A stretch of DNA of 64,000 bases from Eledone cirrhosa (GCA_964016885.1 OZ024748.1:46934001-46998000); one strand, 5' to 3'. Positions 39,731-53,112 are shown, numbered from the stretch's first letter. Numbers and translations are program-made. The notes: generated by a model not told the origin, from the letters alone.

Positions 39731-39870
39731 TATAATAACTAGAAATTGATTAACATATAAATAAACATGAATAATCACCTACCTAGCTATGTGTGCTTAC
39801 ACACTTGTAAAAATGATCTCCTGTGATTATTCATGTTTATTTATATGTTAATCAATTTCTAGTTATTATA
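39731..39870. repeat. Perfect 48-bp inverted repeat with 44-nt spacer next to (TA)n
   Basis: 39731-39778 is the reverse complement of 39823-39870. Confidence 0.85.
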
Positions 39871-39971
39871 AAATGCTCGGACCTACTCGTTAGAATCTTA
39901 GAGCTTATTTTGCGGGTGATATGGCGCATGTCTTTCTGGCATGACACCCATAATTTTGATTATCTTAATTT

Positions 39972-39973
<2 letters not shown>

Positions 39974-40049
<76 letters not shown>

Positions 40050-40375
40050 TAATTAATCATATCTTTGTGTAAAATACCTTCATCAGAAAGATTCAGCTCG
40101 GTGTAAAATTCTGATTAGAATGCACAGATACTGTTGAAAAAGTTCACAGAATAATTCGATAGATAACGGTGATATAATAAGAAAAGAAAACATAATTAAA
40201 TCATCAGTTACTTAACTAATTGTTTAATTAAGAACTGATAGATAATTATAATGAGTATATCTGGCAAAATACAAATATTCGTATCAACGCATTATAAGAG
40301 ATAAGAGTCTTGACATAAAATATACATGACTCAGAATCCCTCACACCATACACACACAAACGTGTGTGTGTGTAT

Positions 40376-40436
<61 letters not shown>

Positions 40437-40615
40437 AAGAGAGAAGGAGAGAGACAGAGAGAAAGAGAGAGGGAGAGAGACAGAGAGAAAGAGAGAAAGA
40501 GAGAGAAAGAGAAAGAAAGAGAGAGCGCGTTGTAGGGATTAGTTTAGCTCTTTGCACTCTAGAATGGTCAGGAAACTTCAAACTAGATGTGTGTTTTGGT
40601 AGATAGGGGAAAACA

Positions 40616-40686
<71 letters not shown>
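39974..40686. repeat. (GA)n tracts (39974-40047, 40378-40524) and (TA)n (40620-40686)
   Basis: Direct reading. Confidence 0.9.
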
Positions 40687-40690
<4 letters not shown>

Positions 40691-40794
40691 TATATATATA
40701 TTATGAGAACAGATTAAAGATTAAGCAAAGAATCACTGTTTTCACCCTTAACGGGATCTAACGGTATATACCACCATTCATCACTGTTAAAATA

Positions 40795-40950
40795 TTTTAG
40801 TGGCATTCCGTCTGTTTACGACGACAAGTGTTCCAGTTGATACGCGACAGCCTGTTCGTAAAAATAACACACAAGTGGCTGAGCATTCCACAGGAAAGTA
40901 TACCCTTAACATAGTTCTCGGGGAGATTCAACTTGACACCGAATGGAACA
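40795..40950. mobile_element. Fragment of a second SINE-like interspersed repeat
   Basis: CAAGTGGCTGAGCATTCCACAG..TACCCTTAACATAGTTCTCGGGGAGATTCA recalled as a common octopus repeat. Single copy here, unverified. Confidence 0.45.
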
Positions 40951-41661
40951 AATATACCAAAATCTATTTCATACAAACAAGAAACACTAACTATTCAACC
41001 AACCAGAGTAATTTACTATATAGTATAATTGTGTTTCACTTTATATGTTGGCTATGTTAATTATTCATCCTCACATTTTACTTTAATTGTCAGACGAAAT
41101 ATTCCACCTATACAGACGATTGCCAAACTTTCTAACAATTACTGCAGATATTTTAATATATTTGACAATTCCATCAGGTCTTAATTGAATAATTGATTAA
41201 GGTTACACTGCGTTGTGTTCTGTTCCTCAATTACTCCTATCACCCTCTCAATCTCACCCTCTCTATCCCCACCTCTCCTTCTCCAATACTTATTCTCATT
41301 ATTGCTTTATCTCCCTCTTCCATCTTTCGCGCCTCCGCCATTTTTTGCTCTTTCTCGTTCTAATTTCTCTTTCACTGTCTCTCTCGTACGTTCTCGAATT
41401 CCTTCTCCTTGTCTTGTTATTTCTTTATCTTCCCCTTCTCTCACTATTCCCCACGTCTTTGGTTCCTTTTTCATATCAATCAATCTATCTATCAATCTAT
41501 ATATCTACAATTCTTTTTCCCCTTTCTCTCGCTCTCATTACACCTCCCTTTATACTTATATTCTATCTACCTTTCTCTCTCTATCTATCTATCACTCTCA
41601 CGCATTCTCCATCCACTTCATGTTATTTTAATTATTTCCACACTCTTACCCTCCTCTCTCA

Positions 41662-41721
<60 letters not shown>

Positions 41722-41988
41722 CGACATATAAAACATCATCACAGAGAAAGTTTAGTGAAATGGCAAACATTTTTCAGTTCTATTGTTTTACAGATTGATT
41801 CATTAATCGAGTGAATTGTATAGATCAAGATTCTTACCCAATTAACATACTAATTATATTATCTATATGCAGGCATTTGTGCTAGTTACACACACACACA
41901 CATACATACATAGGCGTGGTTCCTTATAGTTAGTGGTGTATATACTACTCGTCTGTATATTATTTATGTAGATTATAGCATTTAACAA

Positions 41989-42181
41989 GGGCGGTGGATT
42001 GCCAGCATCGGTAGTGGGTCGGACGCCATGCTTTGACGCAAAGAGTTACAGCCATTTCCATTCTGAGTTCAAATCCCGCCGAGGTTAACTTTGCCTTTCA
42101 TCCTTACGGGGGTCGATAAAATAAAGTACCAGTAATGCACTGGCATAATTGCTGGCCTTGTGCCAAAAGGAGAAACAATTA
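41989..42181 (+). mobile_element. Full-length SINE
   Basis: A and B boxes, core and tail present. Confidence 0.88.
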
Positions 42182-42365
42182 TAGCCTTTAACTATTTTGG
42201 GTGTTGTTTTTGATATGTACGTATATAGGGCTAAAACCAGTTCGTGGAATAAAGCGGTATTTTGTACAGGTATTTTGTGCGTCCGGGCTTGCATTCCTCT
42301 ACGTTGAGAGGAGCGATGCCATATGGGTGTGTCATAAGCCTAAGTATTTGTTTTATGTATGTTAG

Positions 42366-42627
42366 CAGTGTGGAATTTACGTATAAGCTAAACAAGCTAT
42401 AGCTTAGGGCCCCCACTTTCTTGGAGCCCGAAAAAATTGAAAAAAAAAAACGGTGTGTACATTTCCAATATATACGATAAAAAAGAGCTACAATAATGCA
42501 ATAGTTTTAAACAGTTTTCTGCTTTAATATTAAACGTTTTGCAGTTTTTGTAATATTTTTTATAACATATAAAGGGCCCCATTATCTCAAATAGCTTAGG
42601 GCCTCATCAAATCTAAATCCGGCCCTG
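42366..42627. mobile_element. hAT-superfamily MITE
   Basis: 8-bp TSD TATGTTAG (42358-42365, 42628-42635). Imperfect TIRs CAGTGTGGAATTTA / TAAATCCGGCCCTG. Internal repeats ATAGCTTAGGGCC. Confidence 0.8.
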
Positions 42628-43053
42628 TATGTTAGTCTTCACTGCTAAGGAGTAGTGGTGTGTAAAATGATTGGAAGATAACCGCTATCACAAAGCATTC
42701 ATATGTATTTAACAGAACACTATCCTTTATGCTGAGCTAAATTTATTCCTGCCAAGATGTTAACAAAAGTCCCTCAAAATCATGTGTTAAATTCCTAAAA
42801 GGCTTGCGTCTTCCTTTAAATACATATTAATTCTCGGTAATATTGTTTATTCTTCAATCTTTTGAATCTTCCATTCCTGGCATTACCTTTGCTTTATTTG
42901 ATCAGCATCATTAATAATCATGACAACACATTCAGCCCTCCAGCGCATTGTTTTCTCAAAACCAAGTGGATATCACTATTTAGAAATCGTACTGTATTAC
43001 TGCTCCTTTTTCTTGAAACGAATTGTTTCATGCCAATGATTATCTACCAATGT

Positions 43054-43209
43054 CCCTTAAAAACATGGCTTAAGTTTCTAAAAGGCTTTGGTATTCCCTT
43101 AAAAACAAGGCTTACATTTCTAAAAGGCTTTGGTATTCCCTTAAAAACATGGCTTACATTTCTAAAGGCTTTGGTATTTCCTTAAAAACATGGCTTGAAT
43201 TTCTAAAAG
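43054..43209. repeat. 42-bp tandem repeat, ~3.7 copies
   Basis: Unit CCCTTAAAAACATGGCTTACATTTCTAAAAGGCTTTGGTATT. Confidence 0.9.
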
Positions 43210-43377
43210 ATTGATTTTCGTTCAAATAAATAGTTATTCCCTGTGATGTCTGTTATTCTTCAATATTTCCGATGTCACCTCCCTTCTTCAGGAATAGAAC
43301 TGTTTCATTCATCAGAGAAATTATTGATACTTTCTTACGAATAAAACAATTCTTGTCATCTAGAGGTCATTTCAATA

Positions 43378-43521
43378 TCATATATCATCACCATTTCAGG
43401 TCCGCTTTTCCTTGCTTGCAAGGGTGGGATGGGTCCTTTTCAGCACAGCATGTCTCCATTCGTCACGGTACTTCGTCATTTCCCCTGTGAGCTTCAGCGA
43501 TTTGAGGTCAGCTCTCACCAT
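43378..43521 (-). mobile_element. RTE LINE extreme 3' end
   Basis: VRADLKSLKLTGEMTKYRDEWRHAV..HPTLAS followed by an (ATG)-like tail. Confidence 0.65.
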
Positions 43522-43887
43522 GTATATATCTATGTGTGTATGTGCGTGAGTGTGTGTGTGTGTGTTTAAATATATATACATATATGTGTGTACGTGTAAG
43601 TGTGTGTTGGCTGCGCCTTTAGTGACATATGGCAATTATGTTAAAGTTATATTACTTTATATAATTAGCATTTTAATTGATAATATTTAATTAAATGTTA
43701 TTATAGGCTAGAAGTTTTAGTTGAACATATTTCTATATGTCAGTCATACCCATCAATCAAGACTACTCCCACTGATTCTAGTTTGGTGAGAAGGAAATAA
43801 CAACCTATTGTACTATATCGATCTTTAATTACTGATTTTCCGTTCATTCTTTCACATAACATGTAATACAGTTGGTTGACAATAGAT

Positions 43888-44352
43888 GAGAGAGGGAGTG
43901 AGAGTGGGTGAGAGTGAGTGTGTGTGAGAGAGAGATAGAGAGCGAGTGAGAGCGAGAGCGAGTGAGAGTGAGAGCGAGTGAGAGCGAGTGAGAGTGAGAG
44001 CGAGAGAGAGTGAGAGTGAGAGCGAGTGAGAGTGAGAGTGAGAACGAGCGAGAGTGAGTGAGAGTGAGTGAGAGAGAGTGAGTGAGAGAGAGTGAGAGAG
44101 AGAGAGTGTGAGAGAGAGAGAGTGTGAGAGAGAGTGTGAGAGAGAGTGTGAGAGAGGGTGTGAGAGAGCGTGTGAGAGAGAGAGTGTGAGAGCGTGTGTG
44201 AGAGTGATAGAGAGAGTGTGAGAGAGAGTGAGAGAGTGTGAGAGCGAGAGAGTGTTTGAGAGAGAGTGTGAGAGAGAAAGAGTGAGAGAGAAAGAGTGAG
44301 AGAGAAAGAGTGAGAGAGAAAGAGTGAGAGTGAGAGAGTGAGAGTGAGAGAT

Positions 44353-44388
<36 letters not shown>

Positions 44389-44649
44389 TGAGAGAGAGAA
44401 CTTGAGAGAGAACGTGAGAGAGAAAGAGAGAGAGTGAGATGGAACGTGAGAGAGAAAGAGAGAGAGTGAGAGGGAACGTGAGAGAGAAAGAGAGAGAGTG
44501 AGAGATAGAGAAGAGAGAGAGAGACAGAGTAAAAGAGTGTGAGTAAAAGCGAGTGAGTAAAAGAGTGTGTGTGTGTGAAAGCGAGTGTGTGTGTGTGAAA
44601 GCGAGTGTGTGTGTGTGAAAGCGAGTGTGTGTGAGAGAGACAGAGAGAG
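43888..44649. repeat. (GA)/(GAGT) compound microsatellite
   Basis: Direct reading. Confidence 0.95.
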
Positions 44650-44779
44650 TTCTTCAGTATTTTATGTCTCTGATTCCATCAGGTTCCATGTTTCTCTCTG
44701 TTAACCTTAACGCACAACATTTAAGCAACACGATACCGAAATATAACAACAACAATAATAATAAAAAAAATAACAGTCT

Positions 44780-45306
44780 GTTTTAGGCACAAGGCCAGCA
44801 ATTTGGGGGAGGGGAAAGTCGATTAAATTGACCCCAGTGCATTACTGGTACTTTATTTTATCGACCCCGTAAGGATAAAAGGCAAAGCAAACCTGGGCGA
44901 GATTTCAACGCAGACCGTAAACGGTCGGAACTCTGTACTTCAAAGCTTGTCTGACGCTCGACCCACACTGCCAATCCACTGCCCTAATAATAATTGTTTC
45001 TACTTTTGGCACAAGGCCAGCAATTATCCAGTACATTACTGGTACTTAATGTTATCGACCTCGTAAGGATGAAAGGCAAAGTTAACCTCGGCGGGATTTG
45101 AATTCAGGCTATAAGGGGCCGTACTTTTTGCTGCAAAGCATGGCGTCCGACCCTCTACCGATACTGCCAATCCACCGCCCTAATAATGATAATAACAATT
45201 GTTTCTACTTTTGTCACAAAGCCGGAAATTACCCCAGTGCATTACTGGTACTTTATTTTATCGACCCTGTAAAGATGAAAGGCAAAATTAACCTCGGCGG
45301 GATTTG
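44780..45306 (-). mobile_element. Three minus-strand SINE copies (44780-44985 long form, 44990-45180, 45197-45306 truncated)
   Basis: Family core repeated three times. Confidence 0.88.
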
Positions 45307-45309
45307 ATC

Positions 45310-45405
45310 TCGAGGTTAACTTTGCCTTTAATCCTTACGGGGTCGATAAAATAAAGTACCAGTAATACACTGGGATAATTGCTGGCCTTGTGGTAAAAGT
45401 AGAAA
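45310..45405 (+). mobile_element. 5'-truncated SINE joined head-to-head to the previous copy
   Basis: CGAGGTTAACTTTGCCTTT..GTAGAAATAAT mirrors 45197-45296. Confidence 0.85.
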
Positions 45406-46062
45406 TAATAATAATAATAGCAACAACAACAACAGAAATAATAAAAATATAAAATAAATCGATAGCAAATAAAAATAATAAATAATAATTGACTAAATAA
45501 ATGTTTTGAACGAGGAAAAAAGGAGTTACGTTTCTTCCTTAGGAATTAAATGAATGGTCTATAATTATCAAATTATCCAAATTAATCTAAAAAATAAAAA
45601 AATATGAAAAATAAATTAATAAGATATTGAATGAAAAATACAAAGAATGAAATCACTAATGGGATTTTAATTTTTAATAGAAACTAATTAATTTTATTTT
45701 TTAACTAGACTATATTATCGTTTATATTAACTCTAATAACATGCTAATTACAGTATTTAAATAATTCCTATGAAGTAATTCTATCTGGAATATTTCTTAA
45801 ATAGGTTTTAATTCGTGTATAATTAGTATAATATAGATCGTGTATAATTTATTAATCAATTTATCTGGATTGATATCGCATACACTGTTGTTAAATATAT
45901 TGATACAGCTATTGGTTAATTATTGTTTCTGAATTAGAAATACTAACAGATTTAATGATTAGTTATCTTTATGAAGAAGGAAAAATATATATTTCGTTAA
46001 GAAAGTATTTGTTTTATATTTGCCATTATATGTTGTTCTCCTTCTTAAAGAAACTGTTATTA

Positions 46063-47330
46063 TGTGGATTGGCAGAATTGGTAGAGAGTTGGACATACTT
46101 TCGAGCATAGTTACGTCCCTTTACGATCTGAGTTCAAATCCCGCCAAGGTAAACTTTGCCTTTCATCCTTACGAGGTCGATAAAATAAAGTACCAGTAAT
46201 GTACTGGTAAATGTGCTGGCCTTGTGCCGAAAGTAGAAACAATTATTATAATTATTGTTAGGATAAGGCGGTGGGTTGGTAGTATCGGTAGAGGGTCGGA
46301 CGCCATGCTTTGACGCATAGAGTTACGGGCCTTGCTAAGGCGGTGGGTTGGTAGTATCGGTAGAGGGTCGGACGCCATGCTTTGACGCATAGAGTTACGG
46401 GCCTTGCCATTCTTGCCTTTCATCCTTACGGGGTCAATAAAATAAAGTACCAGTAATGCACTGGATAAATTGCTGGCCTTGTGCCAAAAGTAGAAACAAT
46501 TATTATAATTATTGTTAGGATAAGGTGGTGCATAGACAATATCGGTAGAGGGTTGGATACCATGATTTGCAGCATAGAGTTATGGCCCTTTACATTTTTA
46601 TCTCAAATCCTACCGATGTTAACTTTACCTTTAATCCCTACGGGGTCGATAAAATAAGATACCAGTCACGCACTGGGGTTGATTTAATCAACTCTCCCCT
46701 CTCCCAAAAATCTGCTGGTATTGTGCCTATATAAGAAACCATTATTAGCATTAGTAGAGGGCGGTGATTTGGCAGTATCGGTAGAGCGTCGCACGCCATG
46801 CTTTCCAGCATAGAGTTGTGTCCTTTTATGATCTGAGTTCAAATCCCGCCGAGGTTAACTTTGCCTTTCATCCTTACGGGGACGATAAAATAAAGTACCA
46901 GTAATGTACTGGGTAATTGCTGGCCTTGTGCCAAAAGTAGAAACAATTATTAACATTAGTAGTATTATTAGAGCTGGGAATTGACAACATCAGCGGTGCG
47001 TCGGATAATCTGTTTTGCTACTTATAGTTACGACACTATTTATTGATTACAAATCCCGCCGAGGTTAGATCTGCATTGAATTCTTGTAGAGTTAATAAAA
47101 AACGTAGCAGTAAAGCACTTCTGTCGATTTAATCGACTTTCCCTTTTCCTTTCAAATTTGCCAGCCTTGTGCCAAAAGTAGAAATAATTATCAAGATGGC
47201 GGCTTGGAAGAATTGTTAGAACGCCGGAACATGCAATGCTATATTTCTTGCAACCTTTTATGTTCTGAGTTCAAAGATATCTAATGTCAACTTTGCAGTT
47301 CATCTTTCCAGAGCCGGCAAAATAGAGTAA
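46063..47330 (+). mobile_element. Cluster of ~6 plus-strand SINE copies, one with a duplicated tRNA head (46266-46333 and 46337-46404)
   Basis: Repeated A box, B box and core blocks of varying divergence. Confidence 0.85.
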
Positions 47331-49358
47331 CAGTCAATATCTGGAATCCATATATTACAATTACCGTCCCCCAAAAGTTGGGTTTCATCGAAGCAGGAAG
47401 AGCACGGCTAGTTAGGAAGTTGCATGTGCAGACCATTATTAGAATTGTAAAAGTAGGTAAAATACATAAAATGTTCAGCATGTAATGACTGCAGATGTAC
47501 ATATTTAATTACAGAAACTTGTACATGTACTGTATATAACTGAAAACAAACAGATCCACACATACAATATCATTCATATCTGCACACACAAACTTTCAGA
47601 TACAAACATACGTATTTACCGAGTTGATATTTAAATTTCAATGAGTCTTGATTGTGTTTGAAACCGGCTCTTTTTAAATTGGCAGAATATTATAAAATGA
47701 TAAAACTAAAAGAACATGCCTGCATACATACACACATCCGTACGTACATACATACATACATACATACATACATGTACACATACTTGTACACATACTTATT
47801 TACCTGCAATAACACATATACCTTCACATACATAAACAGACATATATATGTATTTAGAGATGATATCTGAATTCCACTAAAAGAGTTTTGATTCTGGTAG
47901 AAACTGGCTGTCTCTCTATTGGTAAAATATTATAAAATAATACAACTAGAAGGACACACACACACGCACACATACATACATATATAGCATTTATACACAT
48001 GTGTAAATGTGAATCAATAAACGTGTAACATGAATTAAAAGTTTTACATTACAGAGAATTTTCGGTTCAATTAACAATTAACTGCATTAAGACAAAATGG
48101 CGGAGAGCAGAATTCCTCGTTTCTCTTTAGAAGCAAAAGTTTCGCCTTATGATTAAAATTTCAAATTGAAATATAATTATCAATCAAACTATTTAACCTC
48201 GTGTGAATCTAATTTCGTTTCGTTTGTTTTCGTTTTCTGTTTTTTATTGTCTCAAGAAAATAGCTCAGATGACATTGTAACTTGAAATTAATTCTGAATT
48301 TCTCGTCTAATTCTATTGCTTCAAATAAACGAAATGGCTTAATTATTTTAATGGCAATTTTCTCCCAACTTGATTAAACTTCGTATTCAGTGGATTTCAC
48401 TGACGCAAATATTGTTTTCTTCAGGTTTTGACTTTTATTGGTAAAAGAAGAAATTCAAAATTAAAACAAAAAATACGGAGTTTTATTATTTAAATTCCCG
48501 CCATTAAAATTAGTAATATAAAGAATATGTTTATTTACAGTGGTTCCAAAAAGGTGCTTTATTTCGTATGAGAAAATACCAGGGACATCAGGTGTAATAA
48601 AATTGTAAAACTGGGTATAAAGCTATTATATTTAAATATCGTGTCCAACAAAAGATAATTTATTTCGTTTGGGAACACACAAGGGACGCTTTGAATGGAA
48701 TCCTTGATATCTAACAAAAGAATATCTCTTTTGTTATACTCAGTTTTTAAATAAAACATTCACATTTCTTGTTTTAATGTATGTGTGTGGTCGTGTTTAA
48801 ACAATTCTGTTTAATAGTTAGTTACGTCTCATATTTATGACTATTTTGCGTTTGAAGTATAATTATTATTGTTATTTTTTCTAGCTATTGTTCCAGCCAT
48901 AATCTTTTTCGATTTTGTTTGGTATAGATCGTTTTTTTAATACTTTCCTTTTTAAATTTTATGACAAAAATATAATAAATAAACTGATATTTGTTTGGCC
49001 AAGCAATACAGTTAAATTGTTAACATTATGATTGTCGCATCTGTCACGGGAATTGACAGAGTTCAACCAACTTAAACATCAGGCAAGTGCAACAAGAGAG
49101 AAAGTCATACGAACCTAATGAACACACACAGACAGATATATAGACAGATATACAGACAGATATATAGACAGATATATAGACAGATATAGAGAAGACAGGT
49201 GAGCGGAAAGCGTGACATATTTATGTTGTTGGTGATAGTGATTGTCTTCATGGATATTGTATTGGTGATGGAGGTGGTGGTTGCGCTGGTTGTCGTGATA
49301 GTAGCTTTGGTAAGAATTGTAGTGTCGTTTAAGAAATCTATTCCATCTCCTTAACTTG

Positions 49359-49413
<55 letters not shown>

Positions 49414-49869
49414 CTATAAATTATGTCCATAGAATCATTTGATAAGATATATACACCATTTCCTCTCCCAATTAGCATAATCAACCACACAAAAAAACAA
49501 TTAATCCAGGCTATAAGATTAAAAGGCACCTATGAAGAAATAATAGATAAATAAACGACAGCCATCTATTCGCGATCAACATAGAATATTTACCCAGCAT
49601 TTCAATAGCACGTGGAAATCGATTAAATATATCGTCAACCATACACAATTAGGTATACAATTAAAGTTGGAAGAAAAAATGTATATAAACATACCAGGAT
49701 TACATTTCTACCGCATAGGGTTTCATTCGCTTTTGGAAATATCCGATCAAGGATAAATTCTTTAGACTTTGTCTAGTTGGTGTATATGTATATATATATA
49801 AATATATATACAGTATTTACGTATCGAGAGATTCACCGATTTCTTACTTTCCTACGTAAGAATATTTAT

Positions 49870-50324
49870 TAAAAAATAAAAACATATATATATAAATATA
49901 AATAAATATATATATATAAATATATATATATAAATATAAATATATATTATATAAATATAAATAAATATATATAAATAAATATAAATAAATATAAATAAAT
50001 ATATATATATATATATAAATATATATGAATAAATATATATAAATAAATATATATATATATAAATAAATATATATATAAATAAATATATATATATATATAT
50101 ATAAATAAATATATATATAAATAAATATATATATATATATATATAAATAAATATATATATAAATAAATATATATATATATATAAATAAATATAAATAAAT
50201 ATATATATATAAATATATATAAATAAATATATATATATAAATAAATATATATATATAAATAAATATATATAAATAAATATATATAAATAAATATATATAT
50301 ATATAAATATATATAAATAAATGT

Positions 50325-50355
<31 letters not shown>

Positions 50356-50621
50356 AATATATATATATAAATAAATATATATATATAAATATATATAAAT
50401 ATAAATAAATATATATATAATTATAAATAAATATATATATAAATAAATATATATATAATTATAAATAAATATATATATAATTATAAATAAATATATATAT
50501 AAATATAAATAAATATATATATAAATATAAATAAATATATATATAATTATAAATAAATATATATATAAATATAAATATATATAAATATATATATATATAT
50601 AAATATATATATATAAATATC

Positions 50622-50663
<42 letters not shown>

Positions 50664-50775
50664 TATATAAATATATATATATATAAATATATACATATAT
50701 ATATAAATATATACATATATATATAAATATATACATATTTAAATATATATATGAATATATATATATATATATATA
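49870..50775. repeat. (TA)/(TAAA) array
   Basis: Direct reading. Confidence 0.95.
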
Positions 50776-50958
50776 GGTTTTCATATAGAAGAGCTACAGG
50801 TTTAGAACTGTGAGAAATCATCAGGAAGCTTCCTGATGATTTCTCACGAATGAAACAGTTCTAGTCCTGTAGAAGCTCTTCTATATTAAAACTGTTATAC
50901 TCCGCTATGTATTGAGGCCTTACTTACTATGGTTTCCTCCGATTCAACCCGGAATAAC
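50776..50958 (+). mobile_element. Fold-back element family A, tail on the right; hammerhead at 50827-50877
   Basis: Centre CAGG-AAGCTT-CCTG, left arm partly deleted. AGCTTC-CTGATGA-TTTC TCAC GAAT-GAA-ACAG..CTGT-A-GAAGCT. Confidence 0.82.
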
Positions 50959-51734
50959 ATATATATATATATATATAATATATATGTGTATGTATGTATA
51001 AATGTGGGTGTGAGTGTGTGCGTGTATTCATTTTGTTAAGGCTAAATAGTAAGTCCTGTTATTCTAGAGTTTCACCTGTTTATCACAGTCTCATCAGACA
51101 AGAATTCTACTTCGGTATTGAGTACTCTTTTCCTTCAGCCATTAACTATATATGGATATTACACATACGATCTACACACGTGTAATATTCAAAAGATGAA
51201 ATATATTATTTTCTTCCAATGATACAAAATAGAAGATTATGGATTACATAGTTTATAATTTCTATTAAGACGATAGTAGAAAAATCTGATACCGATGTGA
51301 TATTGTGCTATTTTGATCTTATGGAACAGTGATATCATATCAGAAATAACAAGATACCCTTTGACTTTGCATAGAGCCTTATCTATTCAATCAAAACCAC
51401 CATTTTCTCTACTTACTCACCCGTTTGCTCTTTCTATTTCTCTGTCTCCCTGAGAACATTTATACGACTAAATCTAATCAAATTTAATGACAAACTTTAG
51501 AAGCTGACGCGTAGCAGATACATTCCAGATTTACCATTATCACTTACTGCTCCTGATATTTCTGACATCCAGTTGTATTAGCATAACATTACAGATGACA
51601 AATAAGCCGTCTTTTATTAGAAAGAAGAAATGAACACTTTGTTTTGCATATTGTTATTAGCTGTTGATGCTGCTAATAATGGTAGTGATAGTGCTGATGT
51701 TGGTAGATGTCATAATAGAGGTAGTGGTCTTGAT

Positions 51735-51777
<43 letters not shown>

Positions 51778-52007
51778 TTTTAGCTGAACATTGCTACTTT
51801 AACAAACAGAAGTAATCTATCTGACCTGTCAGGAGTGTGTGTGTGTGTATGTCTGTATGTGTCTATGCATATGTATATGTGCATATATATATGATTTGTA
51901 CGAAATTGCGTATATATTTATATATATATATAGTGAAAAATGGAACGAGAACAAAAGAGAGAGGTAGTACGAATAAAAGTTTATTAGTTTCACGCTCTTG
52001 GGGGGGA

Positions 52008-53044
52008 AGTATGTATACGTACATACATATATCTATACAGACGTACAGTAGTATGTGTATATATATATACATACATGCACACATATATATATGTACGTAT
52101 GGATTTACCAAACATTTATTATAATGCTCGGTTTGTTTGTAAAACATCCCGAATTAAGCCGTACAGTGTTTAGCAACCATCGTTGCCCTTTTGTTCAACA
52201 CTGAGAAAGGAACGATGTACTAGTTTCAAGCTTATTAGCTATCGTCAGCACCGTATACCTTTCTGCCTGATGATTGAACGTCTGAAAGTATATACTTTCC
52301 TTATGCATATTAACGGCTGAGCAGCCTAATTTGCATATCGAATGAGTTAATCGGCCGGGCGCACCGGAAACGATAAATGGAAAAAATGAAACGAAATTTC
52401 ATTTCTCACTCTTAATACGGCAGTTACTTAAATATAAGTATGTATACGTACATAAATATATGTATACAGACGTACAGTAGTATGTATATATATACATACA
52501 TGCACACACACACACATATATATATATATGTACGTATGGATTTACCGAACATTTAATATAATGCTCCGTTTGTTTGTAAACAAACATCCCGAATTAAGCC
52601 GTACAGTGTCGGACGATTAACTCACTCGATATGCAAATTAGGCTGCTCAGCCGTTAATATGCATAAGGAAAGTATATACTTTCAGACGTTCAATCATCAG
52701 GCAGGAAGGTATACGGTGCTGACGATAGCTAATAAGCTTGAAACTAGTACATCGTTCCTTTCTCAGTGTTGAACAAAAGGGCAACCATGGTTGCTAAACA
52801 CTGTACGGCTTAATTAGGGCTGGTTGTTTACAAACAGACCGAGCATTATAATAAATGTTCGGTAAATCCATACGTACATATATATATGTGTGAATGTATG
52901 TATATATATATACATACTACTGTACGTCTGTATACATATACATACTACTGTACGTATGTATACATATATGTATTTACGCATACATAGTTATATATAAGTA
53001 ACAGCCGTACTAAGAGTGAGAAATGAAATTTCGTTTCATTTTTT

Positions 53045-53047
<3 letters not shown>
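52008..53047. mobile_element. Family F: ~430-bp unit, ~1.5 tandem copies on minus strand joined head-to-head to one plus-strand copy
   Basis: 52009.. repeats at 52438... 52611-53047 is the reverse complement of the unit. Hammerheads at 52213-52253 (-) and 52714-52754 (+). Confidence 0.82.
52714..52754 (+). ncRNA. Minimal type I hammerhead ribozyme (family F)
   Basis: CGGTG-CTGACGA-TAGCT AATA AGCTT-GAA-ACTAGT-A-CATCG. Palindromic stem III, GUA triplet. Confidence 0.78.

Positions 53048-53112
<65 letters not shown>

Noticed and set aside
41213-41798. 172-aa hydrophobic ORF and overlapping frames
   Set aside because: Low-complexity CT-rich DNA running into (TA)n; no domain or splice evidence.
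43054-43209. 42-bp repeat as a CRISPR-like array
   Set aside because: Units are contiguous with no unique spacers, there are no cas genes, and the context is eukaryotic.
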